The notes under the pieces: generated by a model | The model's database searches: none | What the model was told of the DNA's origin: nothing | The model's input: the letters and a program-made list of their open reading frames with translations, nothing else | Assembly: GCA_951406725.2 (NCBI GenBank) | Contig: OX597816.1 | Location: 126,232,001 to 126,296,000 of the forward strand | DNA: 64,000 bases | DNA from: Octopus vulgaris | Lineage: Eukaryota | Direction: 5' to 3' | In this document: in pieces, positions 1-13,071 of the stretch | Numbering within the stretch: the stretch's first letter is position 1 | Layout: every line of letters begins with the position of its first letter | Position numbers and translations under genes: made by a program

Positions 1-1470
1 AATTTTTGGCTAAATCCCAGCATCTTGTGAAGCATGTAGAATGGAAATTTTTTTTAAATGCCGAGAGAAAGAGCTCGTAATCTTTATAGTTCTAAAAAAT
101 ACTTTCTACTTTTAAACAAATCAATTCACATCAGCATATTTGATTACATTACTTGAACCTAATTATTGGCTATTTTAATAAGCTAATTTTGGTGATATAG
201 GAGCATGGAGCCAGTTGTTAATTTTGACGGACATTAATCCAAGTTATACGCATATTTGTCTGTTTCTCATAACAGGTTTATTACTTGAAGTATGGAATTT
301 ACATCTTGAATTCGTTTCTTGCATCTTTTCTGTTTAATCAGCCTGATTTATTCTTTAAAAGTGTGTTTTAAGTGAAAATATGCATGTTAGCAATTTCAAA
401 AAAAAAAAAGTATTTTGCAATTCAGTGATTCTCAAGAATTAGTTTTCTCTCTCTCTTTGATTAATTCTTTCATCTTTCTTTTTACCATTCAGTCATATAA
501 TTGTGGGTAATACAGATATTTTGATATGCAACCATTAAATAATCATGATGTCTTGAGGTCTTTCTCTACTGAGGAGGTCTATCTTATTGATTTTCATATT
601 GCACTTCTGTAGGTTGGTGTTTGTAGTAAAGATAAGAAAGAGTAAAAACTCAAGAGGGCATAGATATGAGAAAGAATTAACTGTAATGTTTAGTGTGAGG
701 TTTGGGAATAAACACTGGAGAGAAAGAAGAAACATTATTCTGTGTGCTAGTGGTTGGCATATTTTAGTGAGTAAATTATATCTGTCAGCTCGATGGTCTT
801 TTTATGGGAATAGTGTAGGATGTTTATGTGTACATGTTTGTGGGTATATTTGTGGAGCTGTAACTCTGTACCAGAAATGGTAATCAGAGCTCTAAAGAAA
901 GCTGACTTAAGCTTTGTAGTATGCCAGTAACTAACAAGGTTTTAAGTATTTTGGGCCCTTATATATGTAGTGACTCTTATTGCTCTGTGCTGTTTTTCTG
1001 TTTGGTTGAAATTGTCCAAGATTGTCACTGCAGTTTGTTATCAAAAAACAATTTGGAAATTGTCCAACCCTTTGCAGAAAGAAGCAGAATTATGATGGCT
1101 ATCATCCTGCATAATAAATAATAAGACGTCTTAGTAAACAGTTATATACACAATTACATAGGCTATCTACAATATGATTTAGTCTTATCTGCAATGCTTC
1201 AGATCTTTTTATATTTTTTTGCATTATAACAAAATAATAAATACACTGCCAAGTTATGCATATATTTGGTTATCTATGTTCACTAAGTAAGTGTGGGATT
1301 TGAACACCACCACCACTAAAAAAAAAATATTTATTAACAAAACTTCTAAGTAAAGGTGAAAGAGAAATAATCACTAATAACTGAATTAGTAGAGGGAAAT
1401 CTTCAACAACTATTAAAAAGAGTAAACTATTAACAGGGAACTAAACTGAAAATTATGAAACCTGAAGTGT

Positions 1471-1688
1471 TTTACCTTTTGTTACTGTATTTCTGTTGAA
1501 ATACACTGCTTTTGTCTCAATTAATTTTGAAAATAATGAAGAGTTCTGAAATATGACTTTGTCATTATTAACCTAGTGTTTGGAACATAAAGCAACATAA
1601 AATTTTTATGCAATTTGGATCATTTTAAAAGAAGTTTTTATCATTGAGCCAGGTACAGTCTCAAGCAGGTTGCTATTAAAAGGGTTAA
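1471..1688. mobile_element. MITE, TTAA/piggyBac-type termini (decayed copy of the 38701 family)
   Basis: Begins tttacctttTGTTACTGTATTT and ends aaaagggTTAA; the body aligns by eye with 38701-38928. Confidence 0.65.
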
Positions 1689-4057
1689 AGATATCTCTAT
1701 TAAAGATATCTCTGTTATTATTGTATGAACTTTAATATAGCTCCTTATTCTTAACCATGTAAACATAGAGCTTCCAGTTGCAATTTAATGAATAGGGATT
1801 TTATTACCAAGTTTGTAAGTTCAAATTTGAAATTATATGAATGAAAATGAACAGTGGCATAGCATGTACAGAAAATAGTGGTCACTCATTTGTTAAATGG
1901 CATATACTTTCAACATATATTTGCCCTCAACATGAAAAAAGTGACCATCTTATATTGTTTATATGCCCTGTGAACACCACACTATACCACTGAAAATGAA
2001 GATTCAGTTACAAGTTATTATAGAAACAAGCAGTAGTTATTTGAAAGATTCAAAATGTTTTCTCAATATAGATAGATATAGAGGTATTTTATAATGTGAA
2101 ACTTAAAGTAACTAATAAAGTAATTTATGGTGAAATTTTTTTATTGTTATAACATAAACTTACCTGAAAAATGAATAATTAAAGAGAAGGCATAAAATTA
2201 AGCTAACAATTTCAATGTACTTTAATCTATAAATCTGCTTGAAGCTGTTACTGGAAGCAAATTTTCTTCTGTAGAAAAACTTTGTTTTAGAGACTGAGGC
2301 ATTTACTAAAGGGAAAATAACTGTAGATAATATGAAAGTAGAGTGATCCTTGATAGAAAATGTTTATGGACAAGAGAATTAAATAAAAATTAGCTGGATA
2401 TTTTTGAAATTTTGGTAAATGACTTATTGATTTTAATATATAAAAACTTGTCAGAAGCTGCTTTTGAGGTTGCTTGTTTGACTTCCATATTTACTTAAGA
2501 TATGTGTAATGCATGTCTTGGCTTAATTGAAATTTGTTTTTAATTTTATTAGAAGACATCAAGAAATATAAACATAATATTTTCAAATAAAAAAAGCAAA
2601 TAAAGACGTAAGGCTATGTTTGATGTTATGTAATTAGAAGAAATATTTGACACAGTATTAACCAAAAAGAAAATAAAAGAAAATGAAAAGAATTTTTTTC
2701 TAATTATGTGGCCTGGGTATGATGGTATTTTGAATCATTAACTATAATAAACAGAGATATTTATAAGAAACTGTGTCATCATATACCTCGTATTTAATTT
2801 TTTTTCAGGTTACTGTTTTTATTTTTCATATAATGTTTGGTTTACTCATCATATAACCTCATAACATATTAACAACCGAAAGAAAAAGATCTGGAAATAA
2901 ACCAATATTTTTAATTTTACTTGGTAATCAATGGAACACATTTGGATATTTGAACTTGATGTACTGGAATATTCATACAGTGATTACCAGCATGCCAAAG
3001 AAAAGAATACACAAAAAAAATATCCGTATGGTAATTGTTCAGATCGGTTGGGAAAATGTGAGAAAATTTCTCTTGAGTTTATTTACAAAATACTGTTCTA
3101 TTAATATCTCATTTGCAACACACGCACACACATTACCAGTATCTTTGTAATTTCCTCTGCTATTTCGAAAACTAAAATTATGAAGTTTATAGTGAACCAT
3201 AGCATAGAATACATTTAAGAATAGTAATAGACACTTGCTAAAGGTGGCACTGTGAGGCATCTTTGGTAAGTGTATTTTGCTGTACTTAAAACTGTTTAAA
3301 CAAGATAAGAATATTTTTCACATCTATAAACAATACGAAGTACAGTTATGCTCTTCTGAAGGCCAGTGCTAAAACAATCTCTTACTTCAAAACCAAATAA
3401 GTAGTAGTAACAGGAGGGGCATCCTTCTCTTAAATACTGTTTTAATAACTTTTCATCTAACCTATGTCACCAAGAAAAACAACATAAAAATGAATGAGTG
3501 ATATATATGTATGTTCTCTTTTATTTTTTATTTTTTGATATCTTCCTATAAGAAAGAAGCAGGTTTATAACAAAGATATAAAGTTCCATCATTAAAATAT
3601 AGATAGCATAAAGAATGTCATATGCTGAACTTGAGAAAAGTCTTGCATATTTTTACTGTTCCACTTACAAATTGCATTTCTAATATGCATATTATCTAGT
3701 TGATTTCTTTTTCTGAAAACAGTAGCATTTCCAAATTGTTACTTAGGTATTTACTAAGAAAACCAAATGCCCCATTTATTATTGGTATGAATGTAAATCT
3801 ATAATCTAGGTATGGGACCTAAAAGTTTTGAAGTAGCTGTTTAGTAATTCACATCAGTAGGGTATTTGACCTGTATGATGGTGCATCATTTTTCTTGTCT
3901 GTCCCAAACTATATTTGGCTTGATATGTTTGCACTTCATAGAAGTTTTGATGGGAATGTTCTGTGAATATTTTTTGTGTTGATGATTATGTATATATTCA
4001 GGAACAGGGAGATTCTACATATTTATCCAAGAACATTCATTTTTTCAGATGGCATTT

Positions 4058-4600
4058 TGTGACGTCTGATCAAAAAGTATCAGGACAGGTTTTATAAAAA
4101 GGTAACTACAACACATCAATTTAGCATTTAATCTCCTTTGAAGTAGTCCACTTCTGAAGCTACACACTTTATCTTTCATAATTTCCAATGATAGAAACAT
4201 TCTTGGAACTCCTCTTTTGGAATAGCGAGCAGTTACCTTGTCACATTCTCTTGGATTTCTTTGACATCTTGAAATCTCATTCCTTTCAATTGAGATTTGA
4301 TTTTTGCTTTGTTTTCTAGGTCATATCCATAGATCCACAATTTGTTACCTGTTATAACCATTTTCGAAAAGTTTTCATCTTCCTTGACACAATTAAGGAG
4401 ATCCTGAAAACTGAAACTTGACTGTTCTCTACACACTTTACTTCCAAGCACTGCTATAAACGATGGGACTGAGAATGTTATAACTTAGCATGCATTTGTG
4501 ACAGAGTTCAAGGTCAATCTGTACCAAGTGGCTTCATTACGTGTACTTTAGTTCCATTACCATAGCAACACTCCCAATATTTTTTTTATCAGACCTCATA
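4058..4600 (-). mobile_element. Internally deleted mariner (Tc1/mariner) element
   Basis: Inverted termini gacgtctgatcaaaaagtat ... atttttttttatcagacctcata. Minus ORF 4233-4451 has VITGNKLWIYGYDLENK (cf. ITGDETWVYxYDPETK) fused directly to C-terminal LKGMRFQDVKEIQENVT. Confidence 0.85.
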
Positions 4601-4699
4601 TATTATTTTCATAACAATATCATGTTGCCTTGGGAGGTAGTACCTTGATATTTTTTGAATAGCTATTAATCATATGTGTGAGACTTCGACACTAGTGTG

Positions 4700-5620
4700 A
4701 CATAATTGACATTTTGGTTATAACTTTGGGTTCCAAAGCCTCACATGATCTACATTTCATATACTTAATGAGGAGATTATAGATTTTCTTAAGACTGTGA
4801 TGCATTTGGAGAGCTTGAATCAAAACTGTGAACATCAAAGTAGCAACAAAAGTTGAAGTCTATCAAGTATGTGTTTTGACAGCACCTGGACAACTTGCCA
4901 CAAGCATATCCAATGTCTTGAGTGTTTTCACCAGTGATGCTTGTGTAATATCTTGAAAATCTCTTGGCCAACTCATGTATCTCATACAAGAGTATTGTAT
5001 CAAGTACGGAGTCCATGATTATGAAACACCAGCTTAGATGGTTTGATCATCTTGTCCATTTAGAGGATATCTGCCTGCCAAAGCAGGTGTTGCAGGGTAA
5101 GTTAGAACAAAGGAGACATACCTTGTGCAAGCCAATTCAAAGACAATCCTAAAGATCAATAACGATAATAACACTTTGGAGTTTCTTGCTTCAGTGAGGG
5201 AGTTGTGGATGAATCTGATTACTACTGGTTTTAAAGAAGTGAAGAATAACAGGGTTGCATACAGTGAGTTGAAACATGCTGGTAAATATAGGGGAGTGTG
5301 TGAGCCCTCTTACTCAGAAAGGCACAAAAGAGTCTCTTTTGTAGACTAGTGTTGTTGTGTCTGCTTCTCAAATGGTCGGCCTACTCAGTCATAAGCTTGG
5401 TTACAGAGTTGCTTCTGTCTACCAATATGATATCAAGCATCATCTCTTTTGCACCTTGTGAAGCAGTGTGTGTAGGTTGACCACTCAATTCCCTTTATAT
5501 TTTAGGTCCCAATACCCAGATAGTCAGGTTGCTACTGGGCATTTGACTTGTGGTTTGTGTGGAATGACTTGTAAGTCTTTTGCAGGCCTTAAGAACCACG
5601 TTAGATGTCATCAGTGATTA
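4700..5620 (+). mobile_element. RTE/BovB-like LINE 3' fragment, decayed
   Basis: HQLRWFDHLVHLEDICLPKQVLQGKL (cf. QLRWxGHVxRMxDxRLPKQxLYGEL); ends with C2H2-like LTCGLCGMTCKSFAGLKNHVRCHQ* at ~5542-5617. Confidence 0.75.
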
Positions 5621-6051
5621 GAAGCCCAAAATCAAGACTTTTTTTGAGTAAATGGGTTTAAAAAGTAGTCTTATTTGCTCACAAGTTAACTTCCACCATG
5701 TATGTATGTGTGTGTATTTTTCAAGTATCTGCAACTGAAATGCATTTCACCATACCATGCCAAAAGTCTCTGTTCCTTATCAGCAGTGATAGGTCCCCAA
5801 TTTCAGGTAGTGTGTTTATGCCTGTAATATAAATGAAATGATCACCAACATTCGTGTGCAGAAGTCTCCAATATCAGAGATGGGGGAGAATTTTTATAAA
5901 TCTCCCATTTGGTGTTTTACTCATGTGATGAAATGTTCTAGGTCAACATGAGAAGTCTAACATACCTATAGCCGAAGCTATGTGCTCAAAGACAAACTGA
6001 CACTTGATTGTAGCATTCTAAGGAGTGTTAACAAATTTTGTACATCACAGT

Positions 6052-6177
6052 TTTGTTACTCAGAGCTAGACATCCAGGAGGGATAGCTCACTTCTGTGAA
6101 ACTTTATATTACTAGATTCTGAATGAAATCATATATACATAAATATATGTGTGTATTTGTGTGTGTATGTGCACGTG

Positions 6178-6212
<35 letters not shown>

Positions 6213-6324
6213 GTATATACATATATATATGTATGTATATATATATATGATTTCATTCAGAATCTAATATGAAGTTTCACAGAAGTGAACTATTACTCCT
6301 GGATGTCTGGTTCTGAGTAACAAA
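6052..6324. repeat. Inverted repeat (~85-bp arms) enclosing a TG/CA/TA microsatellite
   Basis: 6052-6137 is the reverse complement of 6242-6324 with scattered mismatches. Confidence 0.9.
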
Positions 6325-8217
6325 GCATTCACAGCTTCTACGTAAGACTGGCTATCATTGGATGAGGAGTGTAACTTTTATTGGCTGGTGAAGGAATCAT
6401 GGCTGGCAACTGCTGCTATGTAGAAGTCAGTTTCAGTACACTGTGCTAACGTAGTTTTCCTTTTTCTATGTAAAGTTCCTGGCATTATGAGATTCAGTAA
6501 AGTTTATGGAAGATTGTGGGCATAAGGTTTATGGAAGTTTTAGTGAAATTTTATAGATGCTATTAAACCAATGAGTTGCAGTTCCCCTTGATGTCAGCTA
6601 TAGGTATATAATTTAGTAGTTTTGTAAAGGAAAGTAGAGGGCTGTTGGTGTATGATAAGTAAACCCTATGCTCAATGTAATCTACTAAGGATATTTAAAA
6701 AAACATAGTAACAGAATATATTCCTTTTATTACATTTTATATATTTTCTTCTTTCACCACCTGTTCTGCTAATTTCATTACTACTGCTACTAATACTACC
6801 ACTCCTGCTACTCTTACTTCTGCTGATACTTCTACTGCTATTTCCTCTGCCATCCCCCCACTCCTATTACTCATGCAGTTTGTGCCAACCTGTAGTCATA
6901 GACTGATATATTCTCTCATTTGAAGTCATTTCTGTATACAATACTACAGAAATAAAAAAAAATGATATGGCTTGTGGATTACAATTAAATATCATGTTAA
7001 CTGACCAATTTCTAACAACAGGCAATGACAACCAGAATGGCATACAACATAGTTGAAAAATACGTTTATCACCCTAAAGCTTATGTCCTGATAAGTTCAC
7101 TCCAAATTAAATGCAGTGGAACTACATCAATGGCCAAGTTGCAACTGATGCAATAAAAATTTGATAACAAATAATTGATATTTAAGTGAAGTTGAGTTCT
7201 TGTGTTGTGAATGGTTAATACGTGTCTTCTATTCTGTAATTGTTTTAGTATCAACATATAGTCTTAGATCAGAGGACTTGCCAAACAAGTACATCTCTGA
7301 TTCTGACAGTAGTATACTAGATAATTTTTCTAGTTAAGCAATACAGCTGGTTGTTGATGAATGAAGATGAAACACTTTTCCTTATATTGCAGATGTCATT
7401 TGCAAATAATGTTAGAGAATGCCACTTGTTCAAGGTGGTCTGTGTTGCTGCAAGGAGAGTAATATTGTGTGACTATGGCTTTGTGTTCTGATGCAGGGGA
7501 TGTTCTTAGAACATGTCATTCAATGGCTCTCCACTTTCCCCTTTGCAGAGTTTGCTTGCTATGTAGTCTATTGAGTTAGAAGAGGTGCTGTCAAAATGGT
7601 CAATGTCATTACCATGGATTTAGAACCTAGTCAGAGCTCATCACAGTCCTCTGAATCATTAGCTCCTCTCAAACCATCCAGCCAATGACAGCATAGTAAA
7701 AAAAAAAGGATGTTAAATGATAATGATGATACTTATAATGATGAATATGTATGTATTATGTTGCTTTTGTTCTTGCTTTTGTCTCTAGTTCAAATTCGAT
7801 AGAGACCTTTTGCAATTACTGATCTGTTTATCAGCCCTTATTTTAGGTTTATACCCCACCTCTCTCTCTCTCTCAAATCTCATGTCATCATTCAAGTTGA
7901 CATCCAGAGTTTTGAGAGCTATTGTTCATTACGAGGCATATTGTTAGTAAGAAATTCTTTTTAAAATTTTCACTTTGAATATGCAAATTTTAGAATACTC
8001 ATCTTGGGTAGAATCTTGCAACAATTAACATGCAGCTCTTATAGTTGATATCAAGTCTATCAGCTATTATTTACTGTTATTATTTCACAATTTTTATTCT
8101 GATTGACCAGCAGAACAACCTAAAACAATGAAGTCAAAGTTTATCCTAATTGATAATTTAGAATATTAATATTATACTTTTTTAGTGGCACAGCAGCATT
8201 TCAATGGGATTTCACTC

Positions 8218-9268
8218 TTCATCATCATCATCATCATCATCATTTAGCGTCCGTTTTCCATGCTAGCATGGCTTGGACGGTTCAACTGGGGTCTGTGAAG
8301 CCGGAAGGCTTCATCAGGCCCAGTCAGATCTGGCAGTGTTTCTACGGCTGGATGTCCTTCCTAACGCCAACCACTCTGTGAGTGTAGTGGGTGCTTTTTA
8401 CGTGCCACCCGCACAGCTGCCAGACAGAGCTGGCAAATGGCCACGAACAGATGGTGCTTTTACGTGCCACCGGCACGGGGCCAGGTGAGGCCGGCAACGG
8501 ACATGAGCGGATAGTGCTTTTATGTGCCACCGGCATGGGGGCCAGGCGAGGCTGGCAACGGACATGAACGGATGGTGCTTTTACATGCCACTAGCACGGG
8601 GGCCAGGCGAGGCTGGCAGCAGACACGAATGGATGGTGCTTTTATGTGCCACCGGCACGGAGGCCAGACGGGGCAATGACCACGATCGGATGGTTCGCTT
8701 AACCCCAGCTGCAATTTCCACTGATGTTGATCGACCTCAATTTTGGTTCTGCTTTCTGATATCTGATTTGATTTGGTTTGATTTTGATTTTGATTTTGAT
8801 TGTTCTCTCTGGTCTTGCTGGGTCTTCTCACGCACAGCATACTTCCATAGGTCTCGGTCTCTAGTCATTTCCTTGGTGAGACCTAAAGTTCGAAGGTTGT
8901 GCTTCACCACCTCGTCCCAGGTTTTCTTGGGTCTACCTCTTCCACAGGTCCCCTCAACTGCCAGGGTGTGGCACTTTTTCACACACCTATCTTCATCCAT
9001 TCTTGCCACATGACCATACCAGCGCAATCATCTCTCTTGCACACAACAACTGATGCTTCTTAGGGCCAACTTTTCTCTCAAGGTACTTACACTCTGTTGA
9101 TTATGAACACTGACATTACACATCCAACGGAGCATACTAGCTTCATTTCTTGCGAGCTTACACAAATCCTCAGCAGTCACAGCCCAAGTTTCACTACCAT
9201 ATAGCATGGCTGTACGTACACATGCATCATACAGTCTGCCTTTTACTTTGAGCGAGAGGCCTCTTGTG
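8218..9268 (-). mobile_element. 5'-truncated RTE LINE (relatively young) with ORF C-terminus, 3'UTR tandem array and (ATG)n tail
   Basis: Minus ORF MRWYGHVARMDEDRCVKKCHTLAVEGTCGRGRPKKTWDEVV; upstream LYDACVRTAMLYGSETWAV; (CAT)n at 8218-8243; many CpGs retained. Confidence 0.92.
8391..8693. repeat. Five tandem ~60-bp units in the LINE 3'UTR
   Basis: Unit gtgcttttacgtgccaccggcacggggccaggcgaggctggcaacggacacgaacggatg starts at ~8391, 8454, 8514, 8575 and 8636. Confidence 0.9.
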
Positions 9269-10641
9269 CAGGAAAAATGACATCTTGAAAGCTTTTGCCT
9301 TCAAATCAATTATGAAGCTATTTTCTACAAAGAAATTTTACAAACATTTGTGCTGTACACTTGAACAGTAATAAATAATTTACTGTAATTCCGTGTTGTA
9401 CCATTTCTATCTACATGATGTACCAGTTGCATATGATTATATGTTAAAATTTTTCAAGGTTCTTGCTATACACTTCAAAAGGTTGTGTTGATTAATCTCT
9501 GATGTAGTGTGTATGCTTTTTTTATTGTTAACGTTTAAGCACTGATTTTGTTGAAATCACCTATCTATTTATATATTTATAAAACAATTTGCATTTTTAT
9601 TGCTGTGACTGATAAATGGGTGGGTTCTGGAAATATCAAAAGTATTTTTGCTGATATTTGAGGTGGGGCCTGTGCACAATGTGTATGCATGGCATAGGTC
9701 ATAACACTTTGGTAACTATCCTAATTGGGGTATTCCAAGTTCTGGAAAAACGTTTGTGTCTTCACTCTTAGACTAAAAAATATAAGATACTGACAGGCCT
9801 TTGAATTGAGGAGAGTTATTAAAAAGAGCATTAACTGAAAAGATCTGTCTTTGCATGTGATGAAGTTGAATAAGAATAGAATTTTTTAAATTTCTGTTTT
9901 TGGGATAGTTTTAAAACTTCTACTTATTTTCCATAATTATGTTTATACAAATTGCTTTTATGTGATTGTGCATGTATGGGCTTCAGTGCATTGCTTTATT
10001 AGGGCGTCTATAATGCTGTTCAGGCAGACCTGTATGTAAATATCGTTATTTTTATTTTGCTATTTTAATTGAGACTAGCTGTACCGGTGAAAATTCAAAC
10101 TATTTTGAAAACTACATGAATGGGTGGGGGCGTGGTCCTTGAGATTAGAACTCAAGGTTTACTTTATCACTCACAATAATATCTCTGGAGACATTGGTCT
10201 GAATAATTTTAATTCTTGTTTTACATCTTATGGTGGGTAAATTCTCTTGCAATGAAGATATGTTGTTGTGAAGAGTTAACTGTGGTGATATTTTGATTTA
10301 AGTGAAGCATGTATAAGAATGAAAGTGAAAATAAGAGAGAATATGGGAATAAACAAGTGGGCTATCCTGAGTAAAATTTATTATACTCACATTTCAGGCT
10401 TAGTTGATAAGAACCTGTATTTTTATATATATGAGTGATATTCAATGTTTTTAAATTATTAAGTAATTAGACTGAAGCATAATAACTGTACAGGTTACTA
10501 TGTGTGTTTGTGTGTGTGTGCATGTAGATGTATGCATATATATATGTATGTGTATATGTATATCAGTGTGTGTGTGTTTGTGTGCCTGTGTGTATGTATA
10601 TGTGTGTGTTTATGTGTCTGTGCAGAGTTGAAATGCTTGAA

Positions 10642-11132
10642 GTGGAACTGATATTCACATTGATGTAGCTGCTGTATTGTTCAGGTATCAGCTTGTAAAC
10701 TAGGTGAAAATTTGAGTCACAATATTGCTTACAAAGAAGTTAGCATATATATATATAAAGTATCACATATAATAATTTACAATTGTATTTTTGATAATGG
10801 TCACACTGGTTGAGACTGGGCAGATTTAAAGATTTGGATGTGAGGAAGTGCTGTAGGAGTGAAAGTCCATTGGTTTATTATAGTAAATAGAGGTAGAAGA
10901 GGTTGATATTAATAATGGCTGAAATATCTTGGAAATTGATGGTAATATACATTGAAAGTGAATTCCAGTGCAGAGTTGAAATACTTAAAATTCATGAAAA
11001 GAATGAGTTCTTCTCTAGTGAGTGAGGTGGAACTGATATTCACATTGATGTAGCTGCTGTATTGTTCAGGGATCAACTTGTAAACTAGGTGAAAATTTGA
11101 GTCACAATATTGCTTACAAAGACGTTAGCATA
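10642..11132. repeat. 106-bp direct repeat (10642-10747 and 11027-11132)
   Basis: gtggaactgatattcacattgatgtagc...gttagcata present twice with 3 mismatches. Confidence 0.95.
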
Positions 11133-11290
11133 ACTAGTACACACATCTTGGTAGCTTGGTTTACTTCAATTCTTTGTAGAAATCACTTGAGAAGAAGAAA
11201 CAGTAATTCATCATTTGCATTAGCAACTTCCATGCTTTACTTTTTCACTAAGTTGCTGACAAAACATTAGCTTAAGATAACCAAAATTAG
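10790..11290 (-). mobile_element. Penelope-like element reverse transcriptase remnant
   Basis: Frameshifted minus-strand motifs CFFFSSDFYK, TKM..SYANVFV, PEQYSSYINV (YIDD equivalent), TREELILF, FNSALEFTF, INFQDI, KPMDFHSY, TSSHP, in the order typical of PLE RTs. Confidence 0.7.
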
Positions 11291-13071
11291 AAACTCATCC
11301 TGTGTTGTTTGAAAGACATTAGATTTCATGTGTTCATTTATCTTTATATTAAAAGAATTCTGTTATATTTCTTATGTTATCAAGAATTATGTCTTTATCA
11401 GGTTTGATATTTTCTTGCTCATGTACATATTCAAAAGAAAATATTTTTAGAACCATTGAAAGGTCTTTGAGATGGAAATATTGGAACAAGATTAAAAAGG
11501 CTCCATTATATGAACATCTTGCCTCAATTACAAAGTGCTTGCATTTTGAAATTGATTTTAAATATCAAATGCAGTGTCATGTAAATTATATTGATTTTCT
11601 AATATTAAATTTGATATTATGTAAATTTCTAAAATTCTATTTGACTAGAAAATTTATTAAAGAATTCAAAATTGTTTTAAAGAAATTTGTTTTATAAACT
11701 AAGTAAGTGCCATTTTGAAATTTGACTGGTGCCCATAATACTCATCTTTTTTTCTTCTATTAAAACAAAAAATATGGTTGGAGAATATACACAAATTGTT
11801 CTGAAGGGAAAGTTCATTAACAAACATCTAATATTGATGTCAAACAAATGATATACATATTTGATGTGCTTATGTATTAAAGTTGATTGGAATAATTGCC
11901 AACAATAGTTGACCTAGGTAGTTAACCTTGTATGGAAACAAATTTTATCAAATATGACACAAATGAGGAATTATTGTGACACTAAATAATGTCTCTTCCA
12001 AAACAGCATTGATTTTTATAAATCCTCATTTCCTTTTATTATTCTTAAAATATGTACATCGATTTATATAAATGTTCAACTTAATATATTCTTTGATAAT
12101 ATGTGCTTTTGGTAGAATATAATTACATAAATATTTGAATATTTAATAAATATTGATTAAAAAAAGTTTGTTGATGTGGTCATATTTATATGAACTTCAT
12201 ACATAGGAATGTGGGAATTATATTGATATATATATATTTGTGTGTGTGTATTTATATTTACATATATATTGTGTGTGCATACATATCTGCATGTGTGTGT
12301 ATACACATACATATACACACACAAACAAAGATAGATAGCTATTACAGAAATAGAAATATACGTAAAAGAATTTATCTATGCTATATAATATGTGAATAAT
12401 TTATTGTACCTAGCTCTCTTCTTTCATTACCAAGAATACAATTTCAAACTTTTCAATGTACAGCAATAGTTCAAGGGCTATACAAAACAAATCATTTTGT
12501 AAAGGACAGTAGATTATTTTAATTTTAGAAATATATTTCCTATATTTATGTAGGTGGCTGTGACTAGGTGCTTTTATGTATGTATTTTGGATACAAGTAT
12601 AGATACGTAAGTAAAAAGTTTGCCATGCATTCATGAAATCCCTAGTCCAGTCTTGAACTAGTTTATTTTATAATAGTTCTAGATAGATACAACTCTTCTG
12701 AGTGAAATTAGGGAGACAGAAAATGAGTTCAATATCATGGAATGTACTATATATATAATCAGGATTGTGAAATGAATGTCATAAAAAATGTAGCTCAAAA
12801 TTCTCAAAGAATTGTGTATTGTATTAGAAAGAATCTAAAATTGAAAGTTTTACTAGTGAATTGAAGTGATTGGTGCTAGAAAAAGTAGGCAGTCTTAGAC
12901 CTTATGCCAAAACAGAACATATAAACACACCCATCTAAGAGAGTAACAGCACCTTGTAGAATCAGAATCAAATCATGATGACCTACCAAACTAATCCTGT
13001 GCGAAGCAGACATAAAGTAATAATCATGAGGATGAGGTATGTATGTTTGTGTGTGAATATGTGTGCATTTA

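Noticed and set aside
540-1100. Possible Penelope RT relic on the minus strand
   Set aside because: Only vague motif resemblance; too degraded to call.
3231-3271. Possible 35-nt plus-strand exon ending TTG|GTAAGT
   Set aside because: The acceptor lacks a polypyrimidine tract.
8290-8350. ctgatga on the minus strand next to a small hairpin (possible hammerhead)
   Set aside because: No GAAA after stem II and no stem I/III pairing.
8391-8693. CRISPR-like repeat/spacer look
   Set aside because: The units are whole tandem duplicates within a LINE 3'UTR; eukaryotic context and no cas genes.
8522-9013. 163-aa plus-strand ORF
   Set aside because: Antisense to the RTE LINE and its tandem repeats; no protein features.
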